From assembly GCA_965220135.1 (NCBI GenBank), contig OZ244802.1:918499-982498 (forward strand): a DNA stretch of 64,000 nt, written 5' to 3'. Made by a program: the position numbers and the translations under genes. Positions 16,698 to 25,420 of this stretch are shown here, one piece after another (the first letter of the stretch is position 1; every line of letters starts with the position of its first letter). This stretch comes from Chloroflexota bacterium. Lineage in GTDB: Bacteria > Chloroflexota > UBA11872. The notes under the pieces are model-generated. The model searched no databases. It worked only from the letters and a program-made list of their open reading frames with translations, and was not told the origin of the DNA.

Positions 16698-19118
16698 GTG
16701 ACCGCCACCGTTGCGAGCCGCCCCCGGCCGCTGGCCCGAGCTTTGCAGCTCCCGCGTACGGCCTGGCTGCCGCTGATCCTGGTTGGGACAGCCACGCTGG
16801 CCCCATTGATCAGTATCCACGCGGTCGGCTGGGCTCCGGGGACGGAGGTGCTGCTTTCGGTCGCGGTCGTGGCCATCGTCTTTGGATTCGCGCTGTCACG
16901 CAGTCGCCTGTCGTCTCGATCGATCATCCTGATCGGAATGATCAGCGATCTGGCCGTGGCATACGTCGTGGCCTCGGAAGCGTTTCCAGGTCCGCTTGAC
17001 GCCGTTCGAAACTTCGTTCTGCTGTTTGGGGACACCGTGGAGTGGGTGCAATTGCGACAAGCCGGCAACCTTGTGCGCGAACAGCCGCTGGCGACGGCGG
17101 TGGGCGAGAGCGCCGGACTGTTTCAGGATCTCTTCTTCCGCCTTGAGTCGTGGTTCCAGGCCGCATTTGCGTTCCAGGTGAGCCGGGACAACGTGGTGTT
17201 CCTATTCTGGATGACCATGGCGGCCTGGGGCATGGGATTCACGGCGGCCTGGGCGGCGTTTCGCCTTCGCAACGCCTATCTGGCAATCGCGCCGGGCACG
17301 CTGGCAATTGCCGTGAACATTACGTACATCGGTCCCGACTGGCCGCCATTCGCAATCTTCCTTATCGCGGCACTGGCCCTGACCGTGCACACGCGGCTGG
17401 CCTCGCTGGAAGCCAGGTGGGAAGACACGCATACCGACTTCTCGGAGGAGCTTGGTCCCACCGTCCTGATCGTGAGCGCACTCCTTATCACGGTTGTGGT
17501 GTTCCTGGCGCTGATCCTTCCGCGCGCTGGAGGAAACCCACTCGCCGAAGCGTTCTGGACGTATATGGGCGATGGATGGGGCAACGTTGAAGCGGGCATT
17601 CAGCGCGTGTTTGGGGGTGTCACCAATCCTTCGGGCTCCACCCTGGCCGGACGCGAAACGCTCGCGCTCTCCGGACCGGAACCGTTTGCACGCAAGGAGA
17701 CGCTGATCATCGAAAGCACGGTTCCGTCATACTGGCGCGGTCAGACCTTCGATACCTATACCGGCCAAGGCTGGCGCAGCACCATGCGGATGCTGGAGGG
17801 ACGCCGAGCCAACGAACCGCTCACCGAGAGCATCAACCTCCGGTCGCGCCTTGCGTCGCGTTCCAACATCGAGATCCTGGACTCGAACTCAGCCATCCTA
17901 TTCGCGCCAGGCGATGCTCTGCGTCTCAATCGCCCGTATCAGATCCAGGTGGTTGAGCGCGAAGTTGCCGTAGACGACTACGCATCAATCCGTGCTACGA
18001 GACGCGTTGGGCAGCGTTTGGTGTATTCCGTGGATTCGACGCTTGCAGCCGCGACGAGCCAACAGCTGCGGGAAGCTCCCACTACGTACCCGGCGTGGGC
18101 CGAACGCTATCGCGAACTCCCCGAATTACCACCCCGCGTCCTGGAGTTTGCCGCGCGGCTGGCCGATACAGGCGACACGGCCCTCGACCGCGCGCGCGCC
18201 GCCGAGTTTTTTATGCGCCGGTTTCCATTCGCCCAGGACACGGAGCCGCTGCCGCCAGACCGGGACGCCACCGACTTCTTCCTGTTTGACCTCCGTCGCG
18301 GTCACTCGACGTTGATTGCCTCGACCATGGCCGTGCTGGTGAGGGCCATGGGGATTCCGGCGCGCGTGGCGGCTGGCTATGCGCAGGGCGTATTTGATCC
18401 GGTTACCCAGCGCTACATCGTGAACCCGAGCGATGCGCACACCTGGGTGGAGGTGTTTTTCCCCACGTATGGATGGGTGCTCTTTGAACCGTCAGGATTC
18501 CGAGCGCCCGAGGTGCGCGGCGGGGCTGCCGAAGGCGTGGACGGCGGCGGCACCCTCAACCCTGACGCCGCCGACCTCTCGATGGTTGATGAGTTCCTTG
18601 ACGAACTCGACGAGTTGGACTCGGCAAACTTTCAACCGCTGGCGCCGACTGACGACCTCAATCCGGTTCAGGAGTTCCTGGGGAACCTGGGGGGAGCGAT
18701 CCTCGCGCTGATTGTTACTGGAGCCGCGCTCATCCTGCTGGCCGCGCTCTACCTGTTTGGCTCGCTGGTCCGCGACGTGCTTCAGAACCCGCGCTCGGCG
18801 GTGAGCCGGCGATACGAGCGCATGGTCAAGTGGGCGGGGCGGGCGGGGTACAATGTTGCCCAGGGGTTCACACCAGCGGAACTTGGCCGCCAATTGACGG
18901 CCGAGTTCTTTCCGACGCCCGCCATGGAATCACCCTCCAGCCGGGCGGCCCCGCCCGAAGTTGTTGCTGAAACGTATGTTCGTGCCACGTACGGCCGCCG
19001 GCAGATTTCACGCTCGGAGCGACGCATGGTTGACAGGGCCTGGCGGCGCGTGCGCCTGAAGCTTGTGGTACGCATGATGCGGCGGCCGGTGCGTCGTCTC
19101 ATTCCTTCTCGAGCCTGA
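16698..19118 (+). CDS. transglutaminase-like domain membrane protein (TgpA/DUF3488-type)
   Basis: Multiple N-terminal TM helices. Core RRGHSTLIASTMAVLVRAMGIPARVAAGY...DAHTWVEVFFPTYGWVLFEPS matches the transglutaminase fold, but the nucleophile Cys is replaced by Ser and the Asp by Glu. Confidence 0.75.
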   Translation: MTATVASRPRPLARALQLPRTAWLPLILVGTATLAPLISIHAVGWAPGTEVLLSVAVVAIVFGFALSRSRLSSRSIILIGMISDLAVAYVVASEAFPGPLDAVRNFVLLFGDTVEWVQLRQAGNLVREQPLATAVGESAGLFQDLFFRLESWFQAAFAFQVSRDNVVFLFWMTMAAWGMGFTAAWAAFRLRNAYLAIAPGTLAIAVNITYIGPDWPPFAIFLIAALALTVHTRLASLEARWEDTHTDFSEELGPTVLIVSALLITVVVFLALILPRAGGNPLAEAFWTYMGDGWGNVEAGIQRVFGGVTNPSGSTLAGRETLALSGPEPFARKETLIIESTVPSYWRGQTFDTYTGQGWRSTMRMLEGRRANEPLTESINLRSRLASRSNIEILDSNSAILFAPGDALRLNRPYQIQVVEREVAVDDYASIRATRRVGQRLVYSVDSTLAAATSQQLREAPTTYPAWAERYRELPELPPRVLEFAARLADTGDTALDRARAAEFFMRRFPFAQDTEPLPPDRDATDFFLFDLRRGHSTLIASTMAVLVRAMGIPARVAAGYAQGVFDPVTQRYIVNPSDAHTWVEVFFPTYGWVLFEPSGFRAPEVRGGAAEGVDGGGTLNPDAADLSMVDEFLDELDELDSANFQPLAPTDDLNPVQEFLGNLGGAILALIVTGAALILLAALYLFGSLVRDVLQNPRSAVSRRYERMVKWAGRAGYNVAQGFTPAELGRQLTAEFFPTPAMESPSSRAAPPEVVAETYVRATYGRRQISRSERRMVDRAWRRVRLKLVVRMMRRPVRRLIPSRA

Positions 19119-19121
19119 ACC

Positions 19122-19406
19122 GTGGATCTGGCAGGCGTTCGCGACATCGCGGTGGTGGTGCTGGCGGCAGTGGCCCTGGTTGCCACGCTTGTGCTTCTCA
19201 TTACTGGAATGCTGGTCTGGCGTCTATTGGCAGCAATCAGGACCGACGTTGCGCCAATCATTCAGTCAGCGCGTGAAACCGTTGACACGGTCAGAGACAC
19301 CACGGAACTCGTGAGCGACGTAGTGAAGGACGGCACCAGTTCAACCTCCGGCGCGGTCAAGAAGTTTCGTCGCGTTCTGCGTATGGCGCTCCGCTGGTGG
19401 AGCTAG
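19122..19406 (+). CDS. small membrane protein (DUF948-like), hypothetical
   Basis: 94 aa. One N-terminal TM helix followed by a charged helix. GTG start 3 nt after the upstream stop. Confidence 0.5.
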   Translation: MDLAGVRDIAVVVLAAVALVATLVLLITGMLVWRLLAAIRTDVAPIIQSARETVDTVRDTTELVSDVVKDGTSSTSGAVKKFRRVLRMALRWWS

Positions 19407-19655
19407 GTGGATGCCACCTTGACCTGGGTCATTATCGGGGCAGCCATTGGGTTCTTTGTCGGGGGAGCCATTGGAACCGTCCTCGCGCCGCAGCGCACGC
19501 AGAGGGTCTTGGACGGGCTGCCGGAACGGTTTAGCGCAATTCGCAACTCGGCGCAGCGGGCGGCCAACGAGGCGGAGGTACGCGTCCGTCGCCGCTCCCA
19601 GCGCTCGCGCGGGCGCCGCCGCCGACGCGGCCGCGGACGCCGCGGTAGGGGCTGA
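19407..19655 (+). CDS. small membrane protein (YtxH/GXXXG-type TM helix, Arg-rich tail), hypothetical
   Basis: 82 aa. IIGAAIGFFVGGAIG TM helix. GTG start directly abutting the previous stop. Confidence 0.45.
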   Translation: MDATLTWVIIGAAIGFFVGGAIGTVLAPQRTQRVLDGLPERFSAIRNSAQRAANEAEVRVRRRSQRSRGRRRRRGRGRRGRG

Positions 19656-19969
19656 TGGAAGCCGCACGGGACATTGCGATCATCGTCCTGGTCGTCCAGG
19701 GGCTGATTATTGGGCTGGCGGCGTTCGTCGCCGGAGTTCTTGGGGCCATCGCCATCGTTGAAGCCACGGTGAACGTACGGCGCGGACTGCGACGGACCGC
19801 CGCGAAGCTGGAGCGGACAAACAAGCGCGTGGACTCGATTGTCGAGACGCGTGTTCTGCCGCCAATCATCCAATACCACCGCGGGCGGGCAGCGGCGCGA
19901 TCCACACTAGAGCAGGCGCGGCGCGCGCTGGAAGATCTGAAACGCACGGCCGGGGTCGGCGGAGGCTAA
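19655..19969 (+). CDS. small membrane protein, paralog of 19122..19406
   Basis: RDIAIIVLVVQGLIIGLAAFVAGVLG resembles RDIAVVVLAAVALVATLVLLITG of the first gene. The ATG overlaps the previous TGA (TGATG). Confidence 0.5.
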   Translation: MEAARDIAIIVLVVQGLIIGLAAFVAGVLGAIAIVEATVNVRRGLRRTAAKLERTNKRVDSIVETRVLPPIIQYHRGRAAARSTLEQARRALEDLKRTAGVGGG

Positions 19970-19993
19970 ACGGCAGGCAGCCGAGGGCGTTGC

Positions 19994-20626
19994 TTACACG
20001 CTGTTGAGCTCGTCCCGCAATGCTCCAAGCCGTCGGTAGCAGCGGACGAGGTCTTCAAACGAGTAGCGCGTGTTCAAACCGCTGGGGCTGGGAACCAGAA
20101 ACACCACCGACGATTCCAGCGCGCGGGCCTGACGTCCCGGCCTGAGACGCGGCGGTGCGGAGAGGCCCTCGCCATACCTGAGGTAGTTGCGGTAGCCGCC
20201 GATGCCCTGAAAGCAGACGATGCAGGGCCGGAAGCGCCTGATCTTCTCCGTGAGGACCGGCACCCAGCGGCGGTAGTCGGCGGCTCGAAGGTCCTTCGCC
20301 GTGGGGGTCGGGCGCTTGACGACATCGGTGAGTCCGATGCCGAACTCAAGGACGCGGGCATCGGTTTCAGGCCCCAAGGGCTCGCCGAACAGGCCCGCCT
20401 GATTGGCGGCGTTCCAGAAGCGGTTGCCGGGCCTGGCGTAGTAGTGGCCGGCCCGAACGGAATACGCGCCGGGATTGATGCCAACCAGCAGGATGTCGAG
20501 GCCGGGCGCGAGGTAGTCCGGCAGCGTGGGCACGGATTCCGCGCATTCGCCGGCTGAGCTTCGGCAAGGCGTTTGCGGCACCACGGCAAGACTCCGCACA
20601 CTTTTCGGAGATCGCCATTGAACCAA
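19994..20626 (-). CDS. mug: G/U mismatch-specific DNA glycosylase (Mug/TDG family)
   Basis: LDILLVGINPGAYSVRAGHYYARPGNRFW matches the Mug active-site region (GINPG...NRFW). The true start is probably an internal GTG giving MPTLPDYLAPGLDILLVG. Confidence 0.8.
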   Translation of the reverse strand: MVQWRSPKSVRSLAVVPQTPCRSSAGECAESVPTLPDYLAPGLDILLVGINPGAYSVRAGHYYARPGNRFWNAANQAGLFGEPLGPETDARVLEFGIGLTDVVKRPTPTAKDLRAADYRRWVPVLTEKIRRFRPCIVCFQGIGGYRNYLRYGEGLSAPPRLRPGRQARALESSVVFLVPSPSGLNTRYSFEDLVRCYRRLGALRDELNSV

Positions 20627-20631
20627 ACGGT

Positions 20632-21234
20632 TTGCAACTCACCGAAGCGTCTCGGGATCTCGTGACATTGGCTAATGCACCGGCGGGCGAAGAGTCCGGC
20701 GTGCCGTTGCCGACGGTGATTTCCGCCGACGCCATTGCACGCCGCGTTCGTGAGCTTGGCGCGGAAATCTCGGAGGCTTACGCGGACCGCGAGCCCGTGT
20801 TGGTGCTGGTGCTGCACGGGGCGTTCATCTTTGCCGCCGATCTCGCGCGCGCCCTGACTACAGCGCATCAAGTGGAGTCGCTGGCGCTCGCCTCATACGA
20901 CGGTCGCGAGTCGAGCGGACAGGTGCAGGTCATCAAGGACCTGGGATGTGACATCGCCGGGCGGGACGTGCTGATCGTGGAGGACATCGTGGATACCGGC
21001 CGCACGGCGGCAGCCGCGCTGGCGTTGCTGGAGTCCCGCGACCCGCGTTCGATCGAAGTGGTGACGCTGCTGGACAAGCCTTCGCGACGAGTACTTGACG
21101 TCACGCCGCGATGGACTGGTTTTGAGATCGAGGACATATTCGTGGTTGGCTACGGGCTCGACCTGGATGGGCGCTTTCGCGGGTTGCCGTATATTGCGAA
21201 CGCCGACGCCCCGGATTTGAAAGGCGAGTCATAG
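20632..21234 (+). CDS. hpt: hypoxanthine phosphoribosyltransferase
   Basis: VLKGAFIFAADLARAL...VLIVEDIVDTGRT (PRPP-binding motif)...LLDKPSRR...FVVGYGLD. Confidence 0.85.
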   Translation: MQLTEASRDLVTLANAPAGEESGVPLPTVISADAIARRVRELGAEISEAYADREPVLVLVLHGAFIFAADLARALTTAHQVESLALASYDGRESSGQVQVIKDLGCDIAGRDVLIVEDIVDTGRTAAAALALLESRDPRSIEVVTLLDKPSRRVLDVTPRWTGFEIEDIFVVGYGLDLDGRFRGLPYIANADAPDLKGES

Positions 21235-21238
21235 CTCA

Positions 21239-22015
21239 ATGCCCCTGGTTACGGTCGACAACCGCAGCGTCTCGCTGAACGTGCGCGGTACCGGCAGCAC
21301 CGTCGTGTTGTTCATCCACGGCGTCGGTCCGGGCGGGGCCGCGTGGGACCTGGTCACCCAAGGTCTGGCCGAAACGTGCCGCGCGTATGTGCTGGACCTT
21401 CCCGGTTTCGGCAAGAGTGAACGCGGGAATGCGACAGGCTCGGTCGACGACGCGGCAACCCTGGTGCATCGCGTGCTGCACGCGCAGGGTCAGACCGAGC
21501 CCCTGGCAATCGTGGGACACGCCTATGGTGGGTTGGCGGCCCTGGCATTTGCCGCTCGCTTTCCGAGCCATGTGACCAAGCTGGCGCTCGTTTCGACCGC
21601 CGGATTCGACAACAATCCGGCGGCAACACTAGGGCGACGGGACAGAATCACCGAGGCTGGATGGGACACCGGCACGGCCGAGGACTGGCTTCGCGCAGGC
21701 CTGGTTGAGGACCTGGCCGAGGCGCACTTTGACGCCATGCGCGACGCCGCGGCCGAGGTGGACGCGGAGGTGGTTTCCGGCTGTTTCGCGAGCAGCGCTC
21801 GACGGGTGTTGCTGGAGGAAGCCTGCGCGATCGAGGCGCCCACGCTGCTCGTACGCGGCTCAGATGACCCGCTGGTAAGCGAGAACGACCTGCAGATCCT
21901 GGCCGCCCGACTGGCCGGCGCGGAGGTGGTTTCGACTCCGGGCGTCGGCCACTGGCCGAGCCTGGAAGCGCCCGACGAATTGCGGGCCGAACTGGTGCGA
22001 TTCTTCGGCCTCTGA
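21239..22015 (+). CDS. alpha/beta hydrolase fold protein (nucleophile Ser replaced by Ala)
   Basis: VVLFIHGVGPGGAAWD...LDLPGFGKS...AIVGHAYGGLAALAFAARFP. The GxSxG motif reads GHAYG. Confidence 0.75.
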   Translation: MPLVTVDNRSVSLNVRGTGSTVVLFIHGVGPGGAAWDLVTQGLAETCRAYVLDLPGFGKSERGNATGSVDDAATLVHRVLHAQGQTEPLAIVGHAYGGLAALAFAARFPSHVTKLALVSTAGFDNNPAATLGRRDRITEAGWDTGTAEDWLRAGLVEDLAEAHFDAMRDAAAEVDAEVVSGCFASSARRVLLEEACAIEAPTLLVRGSDDPLVSENDLQILAARLAGAEVVSTPGVGHWPSLEAPDELRAELVRFFGL

Positions 22016-22075
22016 CCGGGAGCACGTAGTGCTAGCCTTCCCGCTAACACGCGCACCACACGACGGATCCTCGGC

Positions 22076-22900
22076 ATGAAATTCGTTCGTTACGCGACTG
22101 AATCCGGGCCGGCCCTTGGCTCTCTGAAGGAGTCGGGCGCCGTTTACGCCGTCAGCGGCGACATGTTCGGCGACTACGAGGTGGGGGCGCAGGTCGGCAC
22201 AGTGGACGACCTGGAATTGCTGGCGCCGGTGGATCCCGGCAACGTGATCGCCGTTGGGGCCAACTACCTGGCGCACATCCTGGAAGGCCACGACGAAGAC
22301 GCCATTCCAAAGTTTCCAATGCTCTTCATGAAGCCGAAGTCGGCCATCACCGGCCCCGGAGCGCCGATCGTGCTGCCGGACCCCGCAAACTTCACCCAGT
22401 CAATGAATGATCCGGACCTGCAAAAGGACCCGTTCGGCGAGGTGCACTACGAGGCCGAGCTGGTGGCGGTGATCGGGAAGACCTGCCGAAACGTCTCGGA
22501 GGACGAAGCGCTGGACTACGTGCTGGGCTACAGCTGCGGCAACGATGTCAGCGCACGCGGCCTGCAGGTGAAGGAAATGGCGACCGGCGTGCTGCTGATG
22601 AGCAAGGGGATGGACACGTTTGCGCCGCTGGGGCCGTGCATTGCCACCGATCTTGACCCCTCCAACCTCGAGATCATGGCGCGGCTGAATGGCGAGGTGA
22701 AGCAACACAGCAGCACGGACGATCTGCTGTTCGGCGTGGCCGCCCTGATTGCCTACACGTCGCAGGGTGTGACGCTCAGGCCGGGCGACTGCATATACAC
22801 GGGCACGTGCGCCGGGCCGTCGGCGCTGTCGCCGGGCGACGTGATCGAGATCGAGGTGGAAGGCGTGGGGGTGCTGAGCAATCCGGTGGTGGCGGCCTAG
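22076..22900 (+). CDS. fumarylacetoacetate hydrolase (FAH) family protein
   Basis: PKFPMLFMKPKSAITGPGAPIVLP...EAELVAVIGK...YVLGYSCGNDVSAR is the FAH-fold signature. Confidence 0.8.
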   Translation: MKFVRYATESGPALGSLKESGAVYAVSGDMFGDYEVGAQVGTVDDLELLAPVDPGNVIAVGANYLAHILEGHDEDAIPKFPMLFMKPKSAITGPGAPIVLPDPANFTQSMNDPDLQKDPFGEVHYEAELVAVIGKTCRNVSEDEALDYVLGYSCGNDVSARGLQVKEMATGVLLMSKGMDTFAPLGPCIATDLDPSNLEIMARLNGEVKQHSSTDDLLFGVAALIAYTSQGVTLRPGDCIYTGTCAGPSALSPGDVIEIEVEGVGVLSNPVVAA

Positions 22901-22921
22901 CGGGCCACCGGTACCAGCGGC

Positions 22922-24187
22922 ATGATCCGCAGATTTGACCTTCCGTACGGCGAAGAGTCGCTGGCTGTCCGCGCAGCCGGGGTGGACCTGGCGGGTATCT
23001 ACGCGCCGCGTCCGACTCCGCCGGCGCTCGCTCCCAAGGCGCTGATCCGGGAAGCGCTGGACAACCCGATTGGGTCGGCGCCGCTGCGCGAGGCGGCTCG
23101 CGGCAAGTCTCGAGCTCTTGTGCTGATCGACGACATCACGCGGGAGACGCCGGCGGACTTGTTGCTGCCGCCGATCCTGGACGACCTGGAGACGGCGGGA
23201 ATCGCGGCGGACGACATCGTGGTGATGATCGCCCTGGGCACGCACCGGCCGATGACGGAGGCCGAGATCACGCACAAGGTCGGGGACGAGGTGCTGGCGC
23301 GGGTACGAGTGACGCAGCACGACCACCGCACGGCGCCCTTGCGCGACCTGGGAGTGACGCCGAGCGGGACGCCGATCGAGGTCAACGAGCACCTGTTCGA
23401 GGCCGACATCGTGATTGGGACCGGCGCCGTGGTGCCTCACCACATAGCCGGGTTCTCGGCGGGCGCCAAGATCGTGCAGCCGGGAGTTTCGGGCGCCGCC
23501 ACGACGGCGGCCACGCACATGTTCAGCGCCAGGGCGCGGACGCCGCTGCTGGGCCGGGTCGACACGCCGGTACGGGCCGAGATGGAGCTAATTGCCGAGC
23601 GCTGCGGCATGAAGCACGTGCTGAACGTGACGCTTAACGCCGACGGGCAGATCGTGACCGCGCGCTTTGGCGCGACGCGGCCTACGTACCGACGGGCCGT
23701 CGAGGACGCCCGGCGCATCTACGGCGTTCGCGCGCCGGCGGGACTAGACGCGGTGGTGGCCGGGTCGCACCCCTGCGACATCGAGTTCTGGCAGGCGCAC
23801 AAGAGCCTGTATCCGGCGATGCTGATGGTGCGGCCGGGCGGAACCATCATCGTGGTCACGCCGTGCCCCGAAGGGGTGGCCGTGACGCACCCGGACATGC
23901 TCGAGTACACGGCGCAGCCAGCGGATGAGTTGTTGCGACGCTATGAGGGCAACGAAATCGACGACCGGGTGGCCGCATCGCTGGCCGTGGCCTGGGCCAG
24001 GGTGCGGGAATTTGCGCGCGTGGTGCTGGTATCGGACGGGATCGCCCCGCATGAGGCGGCGGCGCTGGGGTTCGATACGGCGGCGGACGTGGAGACCGCG
24101 CTGTCGACGCTGGCACGGACGAGCGGACCGGCTCCCAGAGTTGGCGTCCTGACGCACGCACCGGACACGCTGCCGCTGGTGGCCTGA
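22922..24187 (+). CDS. LarA-family (lactate racemase-like, DUF2088) putative alpha-hydroxyacid racemase/epimerase
   Basis: RALVLIDDITRETP...IVVMIALGTHRPMTEAEI...AGFSAGAKIV parallels the LarA N-terminal domain motifs, including the His and Lys that tether the nickel-pincer cofactor. Confidence 0.7.
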   Translation: MIRRFDLPYGEESLAVRAAGVDLAGIYAPRPTPPALAPKALIREALDNPIGSAPLREAARGKSRALVLIDDITRETPADLLLPPILDDLETAGIAADDIVVMIALGTHRPMTEAEITHKVGDEVLARVRVTQHDHRTAPLRDLGVTPSGTPIEVNEHLFEADIVIGTGAVVPHHIAGFSAGAKIVQPGVSGAATTAATHMFSARARTPLLGRVDTPVRAEMELIAERCGMKHVLNVTLNADGQIVTARFGATRPTYRRAVEDARRIYGVRAPAGLDAVVAGSHPCDIEFWQAHKSLYPAMLMVRPGGTIIVVTPCPEGVAVTHPDMLEYTAQPADELLRRYEGNEIDDRVAASLAVAWARVREFARVVLVSDGIAPHEAAALGFDTAADVETALSTLARTSGPAPRVGVLTHAPDTLPLVA

Positions 24188-24190
24188 GGC

Positions 24191-25420
24191 GTGGAGCGTT
24201 GGGCCGTCATTGCCGACGACTTGACCGGAGCACTCGATACCGCGCTGCAATTCCGGAAGGCCCGTCAGCAGACCATGGTTTCGACCCGTCCCGGGGTCTG
24301 GCCGTCGCGCGGACCGGTGGTAGCCATGAGCACCGAATCCAGGCACGTTGCGGCCGCCAGCGCCGCCGAGAGCGTGAAGGACGCGTATCAGGCGCTGCAA
24401 GACCGAGCGTCGGCACGGATCTATAAGAAGACCGACTCGCTGCTGCGCGGGAATATAGGAGCCGAGCTACGGGCGCTCTGCGACACCGCCGGTTCGGGTC
24501 CGCTGGTATTTGCGCCCGCCTATCCGACCGGCGGCCGCACGACGATCGATGGAATACACCGGCTGGACGGCCAACCCGTTGCGGAGGCCGCGCCGGGACG
24601 CGATCCACTGACTCCGGTTGTGGAGTCGCATATCCCAACCCTGCTGCGGGACAGCGGCGGCCTTCGGGCCCGGGACGTGCCGCTCGACGTTGTGCGCGGA
24701 GGTCAGGAGGCGCTGGTAGGGGCGCTGACCAGGGCACGCCGAAATGGCGTTGAGGTCGTGGCGCCCGATGTCGAGACCGACGATGACTTGCAAGCGATAG
24801 CGTCGGCGCTTGGCGCGTGGGCCGGCGGGCGCATAAGCGCGGGGTCGGCCGGGCTGGCGGAGAACCTGGCGCGGCCCGATCGAGGCTCAGCCAAGCCTGA
24901 GGGTCTGGGACGATCGGCGTTCGTGGCGGCCGTGGTGGGCACGCCGAGCGCGCATACCCGGGAGCAGGTCGAGCGCGCGCTAGTCACGGGGTTTGCACGG
25001 CGTGTCCAGATTCGAAGCCATACGGACATCGAAGCCGCGGTTCGAGAGATTCGCCTCAACCAGTCGAATGACCGGATGACGATATTCGACACGACGCTTG
25101 AAGGAACGGCGCCGCGGCCGGAGGAACGCCGGCAGCAGTTACGGTGCGTCGGCGATCTTTGCCGAGCCATCGTTGACGCGGTCGATCAGCCGGGACTGAT
25201 TCTCACCGGCGGGGATACCGCACGCGCCGCGCTGGATGCGCTGGAGGTTGATGCGATCGAGGTTCTGGGGGAGATCGAGTGGGGCGTGCCCGGCGGGCAT
25301 GCCCTGCGCGGCACTCGCCGGGTGGCGTCTGTGGTGACCAAGGGTGGGAATATGGGAGGTCCCGAGGCGCTGACGACCGCCTTTCGAAGCCTCTCCTCCA
25401 AGGTGAGCCAAGCCGCATGA
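24191..25420 (+). CDS. four-carbon acid sugar kinase family protein (DUF1537; OtnK/DtnK-like)
   Basis: N-terminal WAVIADDLTGALDTAL is the DUF1537 kinase signature. C-terminal GGDTARAAL...VVTKGGNMGGPEAL. Confidence 0.8.
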   Translation: MERWAVIADDLTGALDTALQFRKARQQTMVSTRPGVWPSRGPVVAMSTESRHVAAASAAESVKDAYQALQDRASARIYKKTDSLLRGNIGAELRALCDTAGSGPLVFAPAYPTGGRTTIDGIHRLDGQPVAEAAPGRDPLTPVVESHIPTLLRDSGGLRARDVPLDVVRGGQEALVGALTRARRNGVEVVAPDVETDDDLQAIASALGAWAGGRISAGSAGLAENLARPDRGSAKPEGLGRSAFVAAVVGTPSAHTREQVERALVTGFARRVQIRSHTDIEAAVREIRLNQSNDRMTIFDTTLEGTAPRPEERRQQLRCVGDLCRAIVDAVDQPGLILTGGDTARAALDALEVDAIEVLGEIEWGVPGGHALRGTRRVASVVTKGGNMGGPEALTTAFRSLSSKVSQAA

